In this document: one piece after another, positions 19,024 through 26,746 of the stretch | Numbering within the stretch: position 1 is the stretch's first letter | Layout of the letters: each line of letters opens with the position of its first letter | Virus record (IMG/VR): IMGVR_UViG_3300027908_000020 | Coordinates: 1 to 60,544 of that record | Direction: 5' to 3' (one strand) | DNA: 60,544 nt | DNA from: a virus | The notes under the pieces: generated by a model | Databases searched by the model: none | Told to the model about the DNA's origin: nothing | What the model saw: the letters and a program-made list of their open reading frames with translations, nothing else | Made by a program: the position numbers and the translations under genes

Positions 19024-19678
19024 TCAACCAAGAAAAGCCTCTGAGGTCGTTGTATCGATTGAAGATAAAGTTAATACTATTATTCAATCGATGAGCGTAT
19101 ACAATATGAACATCAAGTTAATTCTAGATCGTGTAAATAAGATATATAATTATATTGAACAAGGAAATGCTCAGGCACCAGAAACCCAGGTTGTTGGTCC
19201 TACTGTACCTCCCACACCACAATCAGATAAAGAAATTGTTCAAACATCTGCTGAACACGTCTTAACGGTGGCAGAAGAGCCATCATCCCTTAGACGTACA
19301 GCTCGTTCTGAGTCATATACGTCACCAAAGCCAGAACCACCAATTCAGGATATACATAGGAAGTCAGATCAGCCTGGTAGTTCGGAAAAGAAAGTTCCTG
19401 TCGTACAAAGAATAACAGATAGCAAGGGCAAAGATTTATTTATGGCTTATGTAAGTATCATGAATGACCAAAAAGAAGTTATACAAAAAACTAAGACAAA
19501 TGCTAATGGTAAATGGCAAGCTCATCTAAAACCTGGCAAATATTTTGTTGAAGTGATGAAAACTGATACGGCCACGAAAGAAGAAATCAAGGCCATGCAG
19601 GAATTATCTATCCCTAATGCAGACTCTGTTGTTACACTCCCAACTGCTATAATTAAAAGGCCTAAAGAGGCTTTGTAA
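19016..19678 (+). CDS. Hypothetical protein with C-terminal prealbumin/CnaB-like beta-sandwich
   Basis: ITDSKGK..., KTKTNANGKW..HLKPGKYFVEV. Confidence 0.55.
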   Translation: MADQPRKASEVVVSIEDKVNTIIQSMSVYNMNIKLILDRVNKIYNYIEQGNAQAPETQVVGPTVPPTPQSDKEIVQTSAEHVLTVAEEPSSLRRTARSESYTSPKPEPPIQDIHRKSDQPGSSEKKVPVVQRITDSKGKDLFMAYVSIMNDQKEVIQKTKTNANGKWQAHLKPGKYFVEVMKTDTATKEEIKAMQELSIPNADSVVTLPTAIIKRPKEAL

Positions 19679-20007
19679 TGGATGGGTATGAAATTCAAGA
19701 TATTATCAACCGATTTGAAGCTATGGAACACCTGTTTGATGTTCAAGTTCATCTAAACCGTGAGATGGCAAATATTTTGGCAGAACTGGATGCTATGCCA
19801 GATATACCTGATATTGATGACTGGGTATCTTCTATATTAGACTTAGAAGCCAAAGGATTCAAGCTTCAGAATTTTAGAAGAATGTTCGAAATTAATAGAC
19901 AATATAACACAATAGTAGAAGAAAAAGATAAAACTGCTAGCCAAATTAAAGTTATCGTTATTGACAACTTGCTTGATAAAATTAAAGATGTACTAGATAA
20001 AGAATGA
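19678..20007 (+). CDS. Hypothetical protein
   Basis: 109-aa ORF with coupled stop/start. Confidence 0.6.
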   Translation: MDGYEIQDIINRFEAMEHLFDVQVHLNREMANILAELDAMPDIPDIDDWVSSILDLEAKGFKLQNFRRMFEINRQYNTIVEEKDKTASQIKVIVIDNLLDKIKDVLDKE

Positions 20008-20666
20008 AATTCCAAATTATTGTAGCAGATCCCCCGTGGAGCCTTTCTGACCAATTAAAAATGTCCTCTGTAAAACGGGGCTCCGCTGCAAATTATAATG
20101 TTATGACGGTGAAAGACATTTCTGCTTTACCCGTGGCCGATTTAGCCGATCCTAAAGGATGTGTACTTGCTTTATGGGTTCTTGGATCTATGTTAGAGGA
20201 GGGTATGACCGTAATGACCGATTGGGGCTTCACGCAGAAACAAGTCTTTGTGTGGGTTAAAACTAAGAAAAGATCTTCAGTAACCGATCTTTTGATACAT
20301 AATGCTATAAATTGGTTCGAAAATTTCATACCAGAGCAACTACTCGCGTTTGGGATGGGGCGTCTGTTTAGACAGACCCATGAAATTTGTTTGATCGGAA
20401 TCAATAATACGAAGATATATAGAAAATTACAGGACAAATCACAACGCTCAGTTTGCTTCGACGTTAATCAAGGTCATTCCATAAAGCCAGAAGCTTTGCA
20501 GGATAGACTAGAAATTATGTTTCCAGGCACACAAAGACTAGAAATGTTTTCAAGACGTAAGAGAGAAGGATGGGTTAATGTAGGTGATGAGGTATCAAAA
20601 GAAGATATTCTAACATCTATCTCTAAACTAAAGTTACTAAATGAAAAAGGTACTGCTACTAAATAA
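20004..20666 (+). CDS. MT-A70 family N6-adenine methyltransferase
   Basis: IIVADPPW, YNVMT, LALWV, WGF...FVWVK, GMG..FRQTHE, HSIKPE, LEMFSR..REGW. Confidence 0.9.
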   Translation: MKFQIIVADPPWSLSDQLKMSSVKRGSAANYNVMTVKDISALPVADLADPKGCVLALWVLGSMLEEGMTVMTDWGFTQKQVFVWVKTKKRSSVTDLLIHNAINWFENFIPEQLLAFGMGRLFRQTHEICLIGINNTKIYRKLQDKSQRSVCFDVNQGHSIKPEALQDRLEIMFPGTQRLEMFSRRKREGWVNVGDEVSKEDILTSISKLKLLNEKGTATK

Positions 20667-21156
20667 CACTTACGAAGTCCTTTCGTTCATTTCTGAACGA
20701 AAGGCTATTAAGCTTGTATGTAAGGACAAAGTTGATATAGTTGCAACTTGGCCAGATGTACAGATCCGTTTTGGTGGCAAAACTGTCAATTTTCCGTCCA
20801 TACTTCGTCTACGATATTACGTTAGAAAGAAGTATTCTCAACTCTCATTTTCAAGAAAAGCAGTTTTTAAACGAGATAGGTTTACTTGTCAGTACTGCTC
20901 AAAACTCTTAAAGTCCGGTCAGGTAACAGTAGACCACGTTATACCTAAAAGTATAGGTGGTCAATCGTCCTTTACCAATTGCGTTACTGCATGCTATAGC
21001 TGCAACAATCGCAAAGGTAGTAGAACACCTGAAGGCGCTAGTATGGAACTTATCAACAAGCCGGTCGCTCCAGCAGGATATATGCACTATATATCTGAAA
21101 ACGATCACTGGCATGCTGATTGGGATAAATTTTTCGGTGGCGAGAGAAAATTCTAA
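20641..21156 (+). CDS. HNH endonuclease (McrA-like)
   Basis: LLLNNTYE, PSILRL, RDRFTCQYC, TVDHVIPKSIGG, NCVTACYSCNNRKG. Confidence 0.9.
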   Translation: MKKVLLLNNTYEVLSFISERKAIKLVCKDKVDIVATWPDVQIRFGGKTVNFPSILRLRYYVRKKYSQLSFSRKAVFKRDRFTCQYCSKLLKSGQVTVDHVIPKSIGGQSSFTNCVTACYSCNNRKGSRTPEGASMELINKPVAPAGYMHYISENDHWHADWDKFFGGERKF

Positions 21157-21237
21157 TCCGAAATAACCAATATCTTAATATATAAATATAAATTGTTGAA
21201 TAGACAATTTTTTAAAGCCTTCAAAGGAGGTGATCTA

Positions 21238-21327
21238 ATGGCAAAGAAATCAACCAGCTCAAAATCCAAATCAAGCAAGTCTTCAAAGAAGTCTTCAGTG
21301 AAAAAGGGAAAAAAGAGCAGCAAATAA
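21238..21327 (+). CDS. 29-aa Lys/Ser-rich basic peptide (histone-tail/protamine-like); absent from the ORF track
   Basis: MAKKSTSSKSKSSKSSKKSSVKKGKKSSK; SD AAAGGAGGTGATC at 21223-21235; tandem TAA stops; terminator downstream. Confidence 0.8.
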   Translation: MAKKSTSSKSKSSKSSKKSSVKKGKKSSK

Positions 21328-21346
21328 TAAATCTTAAGTGATTTTT

Positions 21347-21384
21347 AAGCGTGGTTCTCTAGCGGGAGCCACGCTTTTTATTTT
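21347..21384 (+). terminator. Rho-independent terminator
   Basis: AAGCGTGGTTCTC-TAGC-GGGAGCCACGCTT 13-bp stem (two G-U pairs) followed by TTTATTTT. Confidence 0.85.
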
Positions 21385-21427
21385 CGGGCATAATATAGGA
21401 TAGATATATAGATCCATAAGGTCCGAA

Positions 21428-22030
21428 ATGGTAAAGAATTATCCAGATAATTGCATAGTATGTGCCAACGAATTCAATACCGAAGAACTATTCTCAGTTT
21501 GTGCAGACGCTAATTATAAAATTTGTATTAAGTGTCTAGCTAAGTCGGACCCACAGGATGATTTTGCACAAGTTAGAAATATCGTTTCGAAGTATGTAAA
21601 ATTCTCCCAGATGGATGCTGAGTTGGCATCACCTGACATAAAGGTCGAACCTGGGGATACTTACATTCAAAAGGCGGTAGAACTTCTCAAGCGTATGAAT
21701 CCTAGTTATTTTGTAGGAGTACGCAAGATTGTAGCTGACATGGGTAAAGGATTAGGGCATGTAGCGTCCGGTCCTGGTCAAGACTCAGCCGTTATACATA
21801 TCAATCTTTCTCGTATCAAATCTGAGCTTCAAGCGAAACTTCCAAATGCCCCGCAAAATCAATTCGAGAAGGAATTTGTTCGCCAAATAGCCCTTACGAT
21901 TGCGCACGAAAAAGGGCACGTAGGGTCGTTTAAGCAAGAGTCCGGATTCGTAGGTGGTGAGTCGCCTGCCGAGTCAGAAGAATCGTCTATGATGGGAAAA
22001 GTAGATACGTATTACAATACTCTAAAATAA
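21428..22030 (+). CDS. Hypothetical protein with N-terminal Cys cluster and HExxH zincin-like motif
   Basis: CIVC...CIKC; TIAHEKGH followed by ESPAE. Confidence 0.6.
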   Translation: MVKNYPDNCIVCANEFNTEELFSVCADANYKICIKCLAKSDPQDDFAQVRNIVSKYVKFSQMDAELASPDIKVEPGDTYIQKAVELLKRMNPSYFVGVRKIVADMGKGLGHVASGPGQDSAVIHINLSRIKSELQAKLPNAPQNQFEKEFVRQIALTIAHEKGHVGSFKQESGFVGGESPAESEESSMMGKVDTYYNTLK

Positions 22031-22177
22031 CTCAATAATTGTAATGTTCTTATTTTCTTCTTCTTTGTTTTTCTTTTCTAAAATTTCAAAATCTTTTTCG
22101 ATGTATAGAGGAATTTGTACTGGTTTAGTTTTTTCTTTCTTAATTATTTTATGAATGAAAGGGATATATAAACTCAT
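22022..22177 (-). CDS. 51-aa hypothetical protein; absent from the ORF track
   Basis: MSLYIPFIHK...QIPLYIE...ITIIELF with GAGGA SD; fills an otherwise empty gap. Confidence 0.55.
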   Translation of the reverse strand: MSLYIPFIHKIIKKEKTKPVQIPLYIEKDFEILEKKNKEEENKNITIIELF

Positions 22178-22221
22178 GCTTTCCTCACTTATATTATAGC
22201 AAATTATTGATGGAGTAATTT

Positions 22222-22437
22222 ATGTTTTGTCCCAGCTGTGCTAAGTTATCGATTTTAGTAACCAAACGAACCTGTATAAGATGCAAAGGTGAGATACTTA
22301 ATAATATTTCTTGTATTTGCGAGAACTGCGCTAAAGAGAAAAAAGTATGCTCAGTATGTCTTAAAAAATTATCAATAGATCAAAATGGACAAAATAAATT
22401 TAGAGTAAAGCCTTCTTGCCGTAGCTGTAGAAAGTGA
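22222..22437 (+). CDS. Cys-rich zinc-binding protein (CRIPT-like Cys spacing)
   Basis: MFCPSC...CIRCK-x10-CENCA-x5-CSVCLKK...CRSC; GGAG SD. Confidence 0.7.
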   Translation: MFCPSCAKLSILVTKRTCIRCKGEILNNISCICENCAKEKKVCSVCLKKLSIDQNGQNKFRVKPSCRSCRK

Positions 22438-22451
22438 TATATTGTCTAGGG

Positions 22452-22997
22452 ATGATTATTACTAATAATGAAGAAGCTCTTCGCGTTAAATGTGAAGATG
22501 TTAAGCCAGAGGAAGTTGGCGAGCTTATAGCTCTGTTAGAGCAAGAGCTAGAGCATTCAGCCAAGCTTGGTAGGCCAGGAATAGGTCTTGCCGCACCCCA
22601 AATAGGTATTGCCAAAGATATTGCTATTGTGCGGATTGATAATGTGTACAGAGTCGATCTTATCAACTGTAAAATTAAAGAACAATATGATCAAGCAATT
22701 TTCAAGGAGGAAGGCTGCTTATCTTTTCCAGGACGAATCGAAGATACGCTCAGGTACCAAGAAATTTACGTCGTTAATAATTTAGTTGCCCCACACTCCT
22801 TTCAAGCTGCCGGTCTGATGGCTGTTGTGTGCCAACATGAGCTTGATCATATTAACGGAATTCTCTTACCAGACATGGCAATTAAAAAATCAGTAGGAGC
22901 AAAACGCAAAACAGGTCCAAACGATCCATGCTTCTGCGGAAAAATTGATCCCATCACGAATAAACCAAAAAAGTATAAAAAATGCTGTGGAATATGA
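22452..22997 (+). CDS. def: Peptide deformylase with C-terminal SEC-C motif
   Basis: GIGLAAPQIG, EGCLS, QHELDH; GPNDPCFCG...KKYKKCCG. Confidence 0.93.
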   Translation: MIITNNEEALRVKCEDVKPEEVGELIALLEQELEHSAKLGRPGIGLAAPQIGIAKDIAIVRIDNVYRVDLINCKIKEQYDQAIFKEEGCLSFPGRIEDTLRYQEIYVVNNLVAPHSFQAAGLMAVVCQHELDHINGILLPDMAIKKSVGAKRKTGPNDPCFCGKIDPITNKPKKYKKCCGI

Positions 22998-23013
22998 TAT
23001 ATGAGGTCCGAAA

Positions 23014-23253
23014 ATGGTTGATGAAAAGACAAAATCGAATAGTTTAACTGATCAAGATTATTTATTAGCTGAAGTTGTCGTTAAGGTTGCAGCTCTTGAA
23101 AGAATTTTGATTAAAGCTGGAATTACAAATTCAGAAGATCTTGTAGAAGAGATGAGAAAGATTTCGCAGGAAGTTATAACCTTCATGTCGTCCTTCGGCT
23201 CTAAGTCTGTAGAAAATATATTTGCACCGGACATAGATAAAAAGAAGAACTAA
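23014..23253 (+). CDS. Hypothetical protein
   Basis: GAGGT SD; 79 aa. Confidence 0.65.
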   Translation: MVDEKTKSNSLTDQDYLLAEVVVKVAALERILIKAGITNSEDLVEEMRKISQEVITFMSSFGSKSVENIFAPDIDKKKN

Positions 23254-23546
23254 TGCTATTTCTAACATCTGATAAAGAATTCAAAGTAAATAATACTCCA
23301 ATTGTTTATTTCTTTTCTTCTGAAATGGTTTATCCTTTAGTAAAAACTGTATTTTCTTTACTTAATTTAATCGAACAAAATTATAATATAAGTGTTCTTT
23401 GCGTAGATGTAGACAGATTCAAAAATATTTCAAAACGAACCCAAATAACTGAGTTACCAACTTTTCTCATCTACAAGGGTGGAAAAGAAATTAAAAGAAT
23501 TACTGGTATGCCAAATTTTGACGACATGAAAAATATTTTTGAGTGA
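23253..23546 (+). CDS. Thioredoxin-fold protein lacking CxxC
   Basis: VDVD, ELPTFLIYKGGKEIKRITG; no WCxxC. Confidence 0.65.
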   Translation: MLFLTSDKEFKVNNTPIVYFFSSEMVYPLVKTVFSLLNLIEQNYNISVLCVDVDRFKNISKRTQITELPTFLIYKGGKEIKRITGMPNFDDMKNIFE

Positions 23547-23577
23547 GATATATATTGTATAGCAAGACGGAGATAAA

Positions 23578-23892
23578 ATGACTAACGAAAACGAAAAGAA
23601 GACACCAGAAGTTTCAGAACAACCAGCAGTTACAAGTCCAGCGGTTCCACCTACTGAGGCTGATTTGATTTGGGCCGAGATAAAGAACAAGCCAATCATG
23701 ATGTTCTCTCTGCCAGGCCAGAAGGTTTCTGATTATTGTAGGCCAGCACCAATCGATCCTACACGATGCTTTTTGCTTTATAAAGCAGGATCTGCTATAC
23801 CAGCTATCGAAGAGGCTGTGGGTTCAAAGTACTCATGTGAAGGCGTGGAAAAGTACATTATTGTATCGAGAAAAAAGCCAAATGCCTTTTGA
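23578..23892 (+). CDS. Hypothetical protein
   Basis: GGAG SD; 104 aa. Confidence 0.65.
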   Translation: MTNENEKKTPEVSEQPAVTSPAVPPTEADLIWAEIKNKPIMMFSLPGQKVSDYCRPAPIDPTRCFLLYKAGSAIPAIEEAVGSKYSCEGVEKYIIVSRKKPNAF

Positions 23893-24331
23893 TGATAACA
23901 AAAAGCCAAAACCAAGAAAAACTGGATTAAAGATTAACAACGAGGGGTCCAACTTACCCCCACCGAAGCCATCTACTTCTGAAGCTTTTTCTCAAAAAGC
24001 AGATGCGGCCTTTATAAAAATTCAAGGCTACAAACAGAGGATGTGGGACCTCTCAGCAAAATTCAAGTCTTTTATTGAGGATAAAATTCTGCCACTCAAT
24101 AAAACCCTTGTCTCCAAAGATCTAGAGAATGAAGTACTACAGCAGTTAATTACTGTAGCATCTGAGATGAATGAGGATGATACTCAACCCGAAGGCTTGG
24201 GGTCAACTGCTCTGTGCATGCTCTTAATGAAAATGACTTTATTACAGCGCGACATAATCAATAGTCTCGCTTACGAGGTCGATAAGCTTAAGATGCAACT
24301 GCAGAAGCAGAGTAAGCCAGAAGACAAGTAA
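23882..24331 (+). CDS. Hypothetical protein
   Basis: Start chosen at ATG 23882 (MPFDD). Confidence 0.65.
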   Translation: MPFDDNKKPKPRKTGLKINNEGSNLPPPKPSTSEAFSQKADAAFIKIQGYKQRMWDLSAKFKSFIEDKILPLNKTLVSKDLENEVLQQLITVASEMNEDDTQPEGLGSTALCMLLMKMTLLQRDIINSLAYEVDKLKMQLQKQSKPEDK

Positions 24332-24334
24332 TTT

Positions 24335-24505
24335 ATGATTACCAAAGATAAAATTCTGGATTTGATTTCTGAAGAGAAGGAAAGATATAGTACATATTCC
24401 CAGCTATGTTCCCACTACAAAGTAACCCCGGACCCGCTAGTATTGGCGAAGCATTCATCCAAGATCGAGACGCTGGATCTAATGATAAAGATTCAAAAGT
24501 CTTAA
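24335..24505 (+). CDS. 56-aa hypothetical protein; absent from the ORF track
   Basis: MITKDKILDLISEEKERY...; starts 3 nt after the previous stop and overlaps the next ORF. Confidence 0.45.
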   Translation: MITKDKILDLISEEKERYSTYSQLCSHYKVTPDPLVLAKHSSKIETLDLMIKIQKS

Positions 24506-25011
24506 TTAGAAAAGCAAATTCTGTAGATATTGTCTCAATATTTAGACAGTATGATCTTAAGATTGATGAGTACTTAACCAAATGTTTTTGTCCTTTTCCT
24601 TTCCACAGAGAAAGAACAGCATCTTTCAAGTATTATAAAGATACTAACAGCTTCTATTGTTTTGGCTGTAAGAGTGGAGGAGGCCCCGTAGAGTTTGTAG
24701 CACTCATAAGAAATGAGTCAAAAGATAAATCTGCGGCTCGAATTCTATCTAGATTTGATATAGATCCAACACAAGAAATCGCTTCAGATCATGCTGACTT
24801 CGTCAGCAGGCAACAGCTGTTTCTTGAGTTTTCAACATTGATTAGAAATTTCATATCGGACAACTTAGACGATAAATCCGCAGTTGACTACTGTGAAAAG
24901 GTGAGTCTGATATTTGACACAATCAACTTCAAGCATAATCTTGATAATGATGGACTAAAGTCTCTAATCTCTAAGTTGAAAATTAAGTTGGATCAATATA
25001 AATGTCAATAA
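24406..25011 (+). CDS. Stand-alone DnaG-type CHC2 zinc-binding domain protein
   Basis: VDIVSIF, CPFPFHRERTASF, FYCFGCKSGGGPVEFV; no TOPRIM domain. Confidence 0.85.
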   Translation: MFPLQSNPGPASIGEAFIQDRDAGSNDKDSKVLIRKANSVDIVSIFRQYDLKIDEYLTKCFCPFPFHRERTASFKYYKDTNSFYCFGCKSGGGPVEFVALIRNESKDKSAARILSRFDIDPTQEIASDHADFVSRQQLFLEFSTLIRNFISDNLDDKSAVDYCEKVSLIFDTINFKHNLDNDGLKSLISKLKIKLDQYKCQ

Positions 25012-25319
25012 CAAAAATGTGGCGTAGGGGTGATCCCCGTTACACAATAAACAAACGCGATAACATTATTATACTTCGGCCACAAGTTCATGGCTGGATA
25101 GCTGGTACAGCTTTTGTAGATACAAAAGATGGTTGGTATATTCATACATCTTTCGATGACCATAAATCTATAGATAAATGGGATCCTGATTGGGCGTGGT
25201 GTTTTGCGCCAAAAATTGATTTCAACGAAGAAGAGGAAGAACGATTCCAAAAAATGGTGCAGGACATTTGTAAAGAATGCGGATATTTCCATCCTGGTGG
25301 AACTTGTATGGATTCTTAA
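25002..25319 (+). CDS. Hypothetical protein
   Basis: 105 aa, Trp-rich, C-terminal CKECG..H. Confidence 0.55.
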   Translation: MSITKMWRRGDPRYTINKRDNIIILRPQVHGWIAGTAFVDTKDGWYIHTSFDDHKSIDKWDPDWAWCFAPKIDFNEEEEERFQKMVQDICKECGYFHPGGTCMDS

Positions 25320-25537
25320 CATTGGTGACCCAGTTAGGAAAAACAAGGCCCTAGAAAACGGAATATTTGGTAAGAGGGCGCACGGCGCCAAGTTATCATT
25401 TTCACGAGCTGAAAAAAATAAGACGAGAGTATGCTCTAGGGATGACATCTATGTCTAAGTTGGCCGTGAAATATGGTGTAAGTAAACGAACTATATTGTT
25501 TATCATTCATAATGAAAAATATATTTTTAAGGATTGA
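25320..25537 (+). pseudogene. Frameshifted remnant of an HNH homing endonuclease C-terminal HTH
   Basis: GKRAHGAKLS..AEK, then a +1 shift in the A7 run at 25412-25418 gives IRREY..G..SMSKLAVKYGVSKRTILFII. Confidence 0.6.
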
Positions 25538-25540
25538 GTA

Positions 25541-26746
25541 ATGTCCGTATCTGTTATTTTAGGAGATGTTCATCTTGGAAAAGGCCTCTCGATAGGTAAG
25601 CCAGGTATTGGGGCCGCTCTCAATAGCAGAATTGTTGACCAGTTGAATATACTTGAGTGGACGTTAGATAGAGCCATGGAATACATGGCAAGAAGCATCA
25701 TCATTACTGGTGATGTATTCCAAGATTCTAAACCGCATCCCACTATCATTGCACTCTTTATATCATGGCTAAAGAAATGTACAGATAATGATATTGATGT
25801 ACATATCATAGCTGGTAATCATGACATATTGAGGAGCGGACAGTTTTATATGTCCGCCCTCGATATCATATCTGCCGCTGATATTGAAGGTGTATACGTG
25901 TACAAGTACATGAGTACGCTTCATACCCCCGGCGTTTCATTTACATTAATTCCATTTAGGGATCGCAGGTCTTTCAACACAGATTCAAATGCTGAGGCCA
26001 TGCAAAATATACGTGCGGCCGTTCCATATGAACTTGCAAGCATCGAGGCTCACAACGCTAAAGTTGTTGTTGGGCACTTGTGTATCGAGGGCTCGATACC
26101 GGTTGGTGATGAAATAGATGATCTTGGTAATGAACTGTTCTGTCCGGTGGAAATGTTTGAAGGTTATGATTTTACATGGATGGGTCATGTACATAAGCCA
26201 CAGATTTTATCTAAAGATCCATATGTTTCACATATAGGGAGTATGGATTTGTCTGATTTTGGAGAAGCAGATCATACAAAAGTAATAGTAGTTTTTGATC
26301 CGAAGAAGAGTGAGCCTTATAAATATTTGGAAATTCCATCTCGTCCACTAAAACAAATATCGGTATCCGTGCCAGCAAGTAACTTAAGCACGACTGACTA
26401 TGTGCTTGGAGAACTTAAAACCAAACATAAAGATTTAAGCAAAGCAATTGTAAGCCTAAGCATCACTCTAAGTAGTCCAGATCTAGTGACTGTAGATAGA
26501 ACTCAGGTTGAAAGCTGCCTAACTGGTTTGGGGGCATTCCATATATCAAGAATAAGTGAAGAAAAGAAAGTATCCCTCATAAAGAAAAACTCAGCCAATG
26601 AGGTTATAGATAGCACTGTTAACGAGTTTACAGCTATAAAGATGTATGCAGACGTGAACGTGGATACAAAAATAAGGAATGATTTTATAACCCTTGCAAC
26701 CGCTATAGCTAAAGAGTGTTCTTCAGAATCTAAGGAAAGCAAGTAA
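25541..26746 (+). CDS. sbcD: SbcD/Mre11-like nuclease
   Basis: GDVHLG, TGDVF, AGNHD, GHL, MGHVH, IGS. Confidence 0.9.
   Translation: MSVSVILGDVHLGKGLSIGKPGIGAALNSRIVDQLNILEWTLDRAMEYMARSIIITGDVFQDSKPHPTIIALFISWLKKCTDNDIDVHIIAGNHDILRSGQFYMSALDIISAADIEGVYVYKYMSTLHTPGVSFTLIPFRDRRSFNTDSNAEAMQNIRAAVPYELASIEAHNAKVVVGHLCIEGSIPVGDEIDDLGNELFCPVEMFEGYDFTWMGHVHKPQILSKDPYVSHIGSMDLSDFGEADHTKVIVVFDPKKSEPYKYLEIPSRPLKQISVSVPASNLSTTDYVLGELKTKHKDLSKAIVSLSITLSSPDLVTVDRTQVESCLTGLGAFHISRISEEKKVSLIKKNSANEVIDSTVNEFTAIKMYADVNVDTKIRNDFITLATAIAKECSSESKESK

Noticed and set aside
14892-21188. T4-type late promoters (TATAAATA at 14892 and 21181)
   Set aside because: Few copies in an AT-rich sequence, none noticed before the putative structural genes, and no gp55-like sigma in the window
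25204-25458. 84-aa ORF as an intact gene
   Set aside because: It overlaps the previous gene by over 100 nt, and its 3' half is better explained as a frameshifted endonuclease remnant
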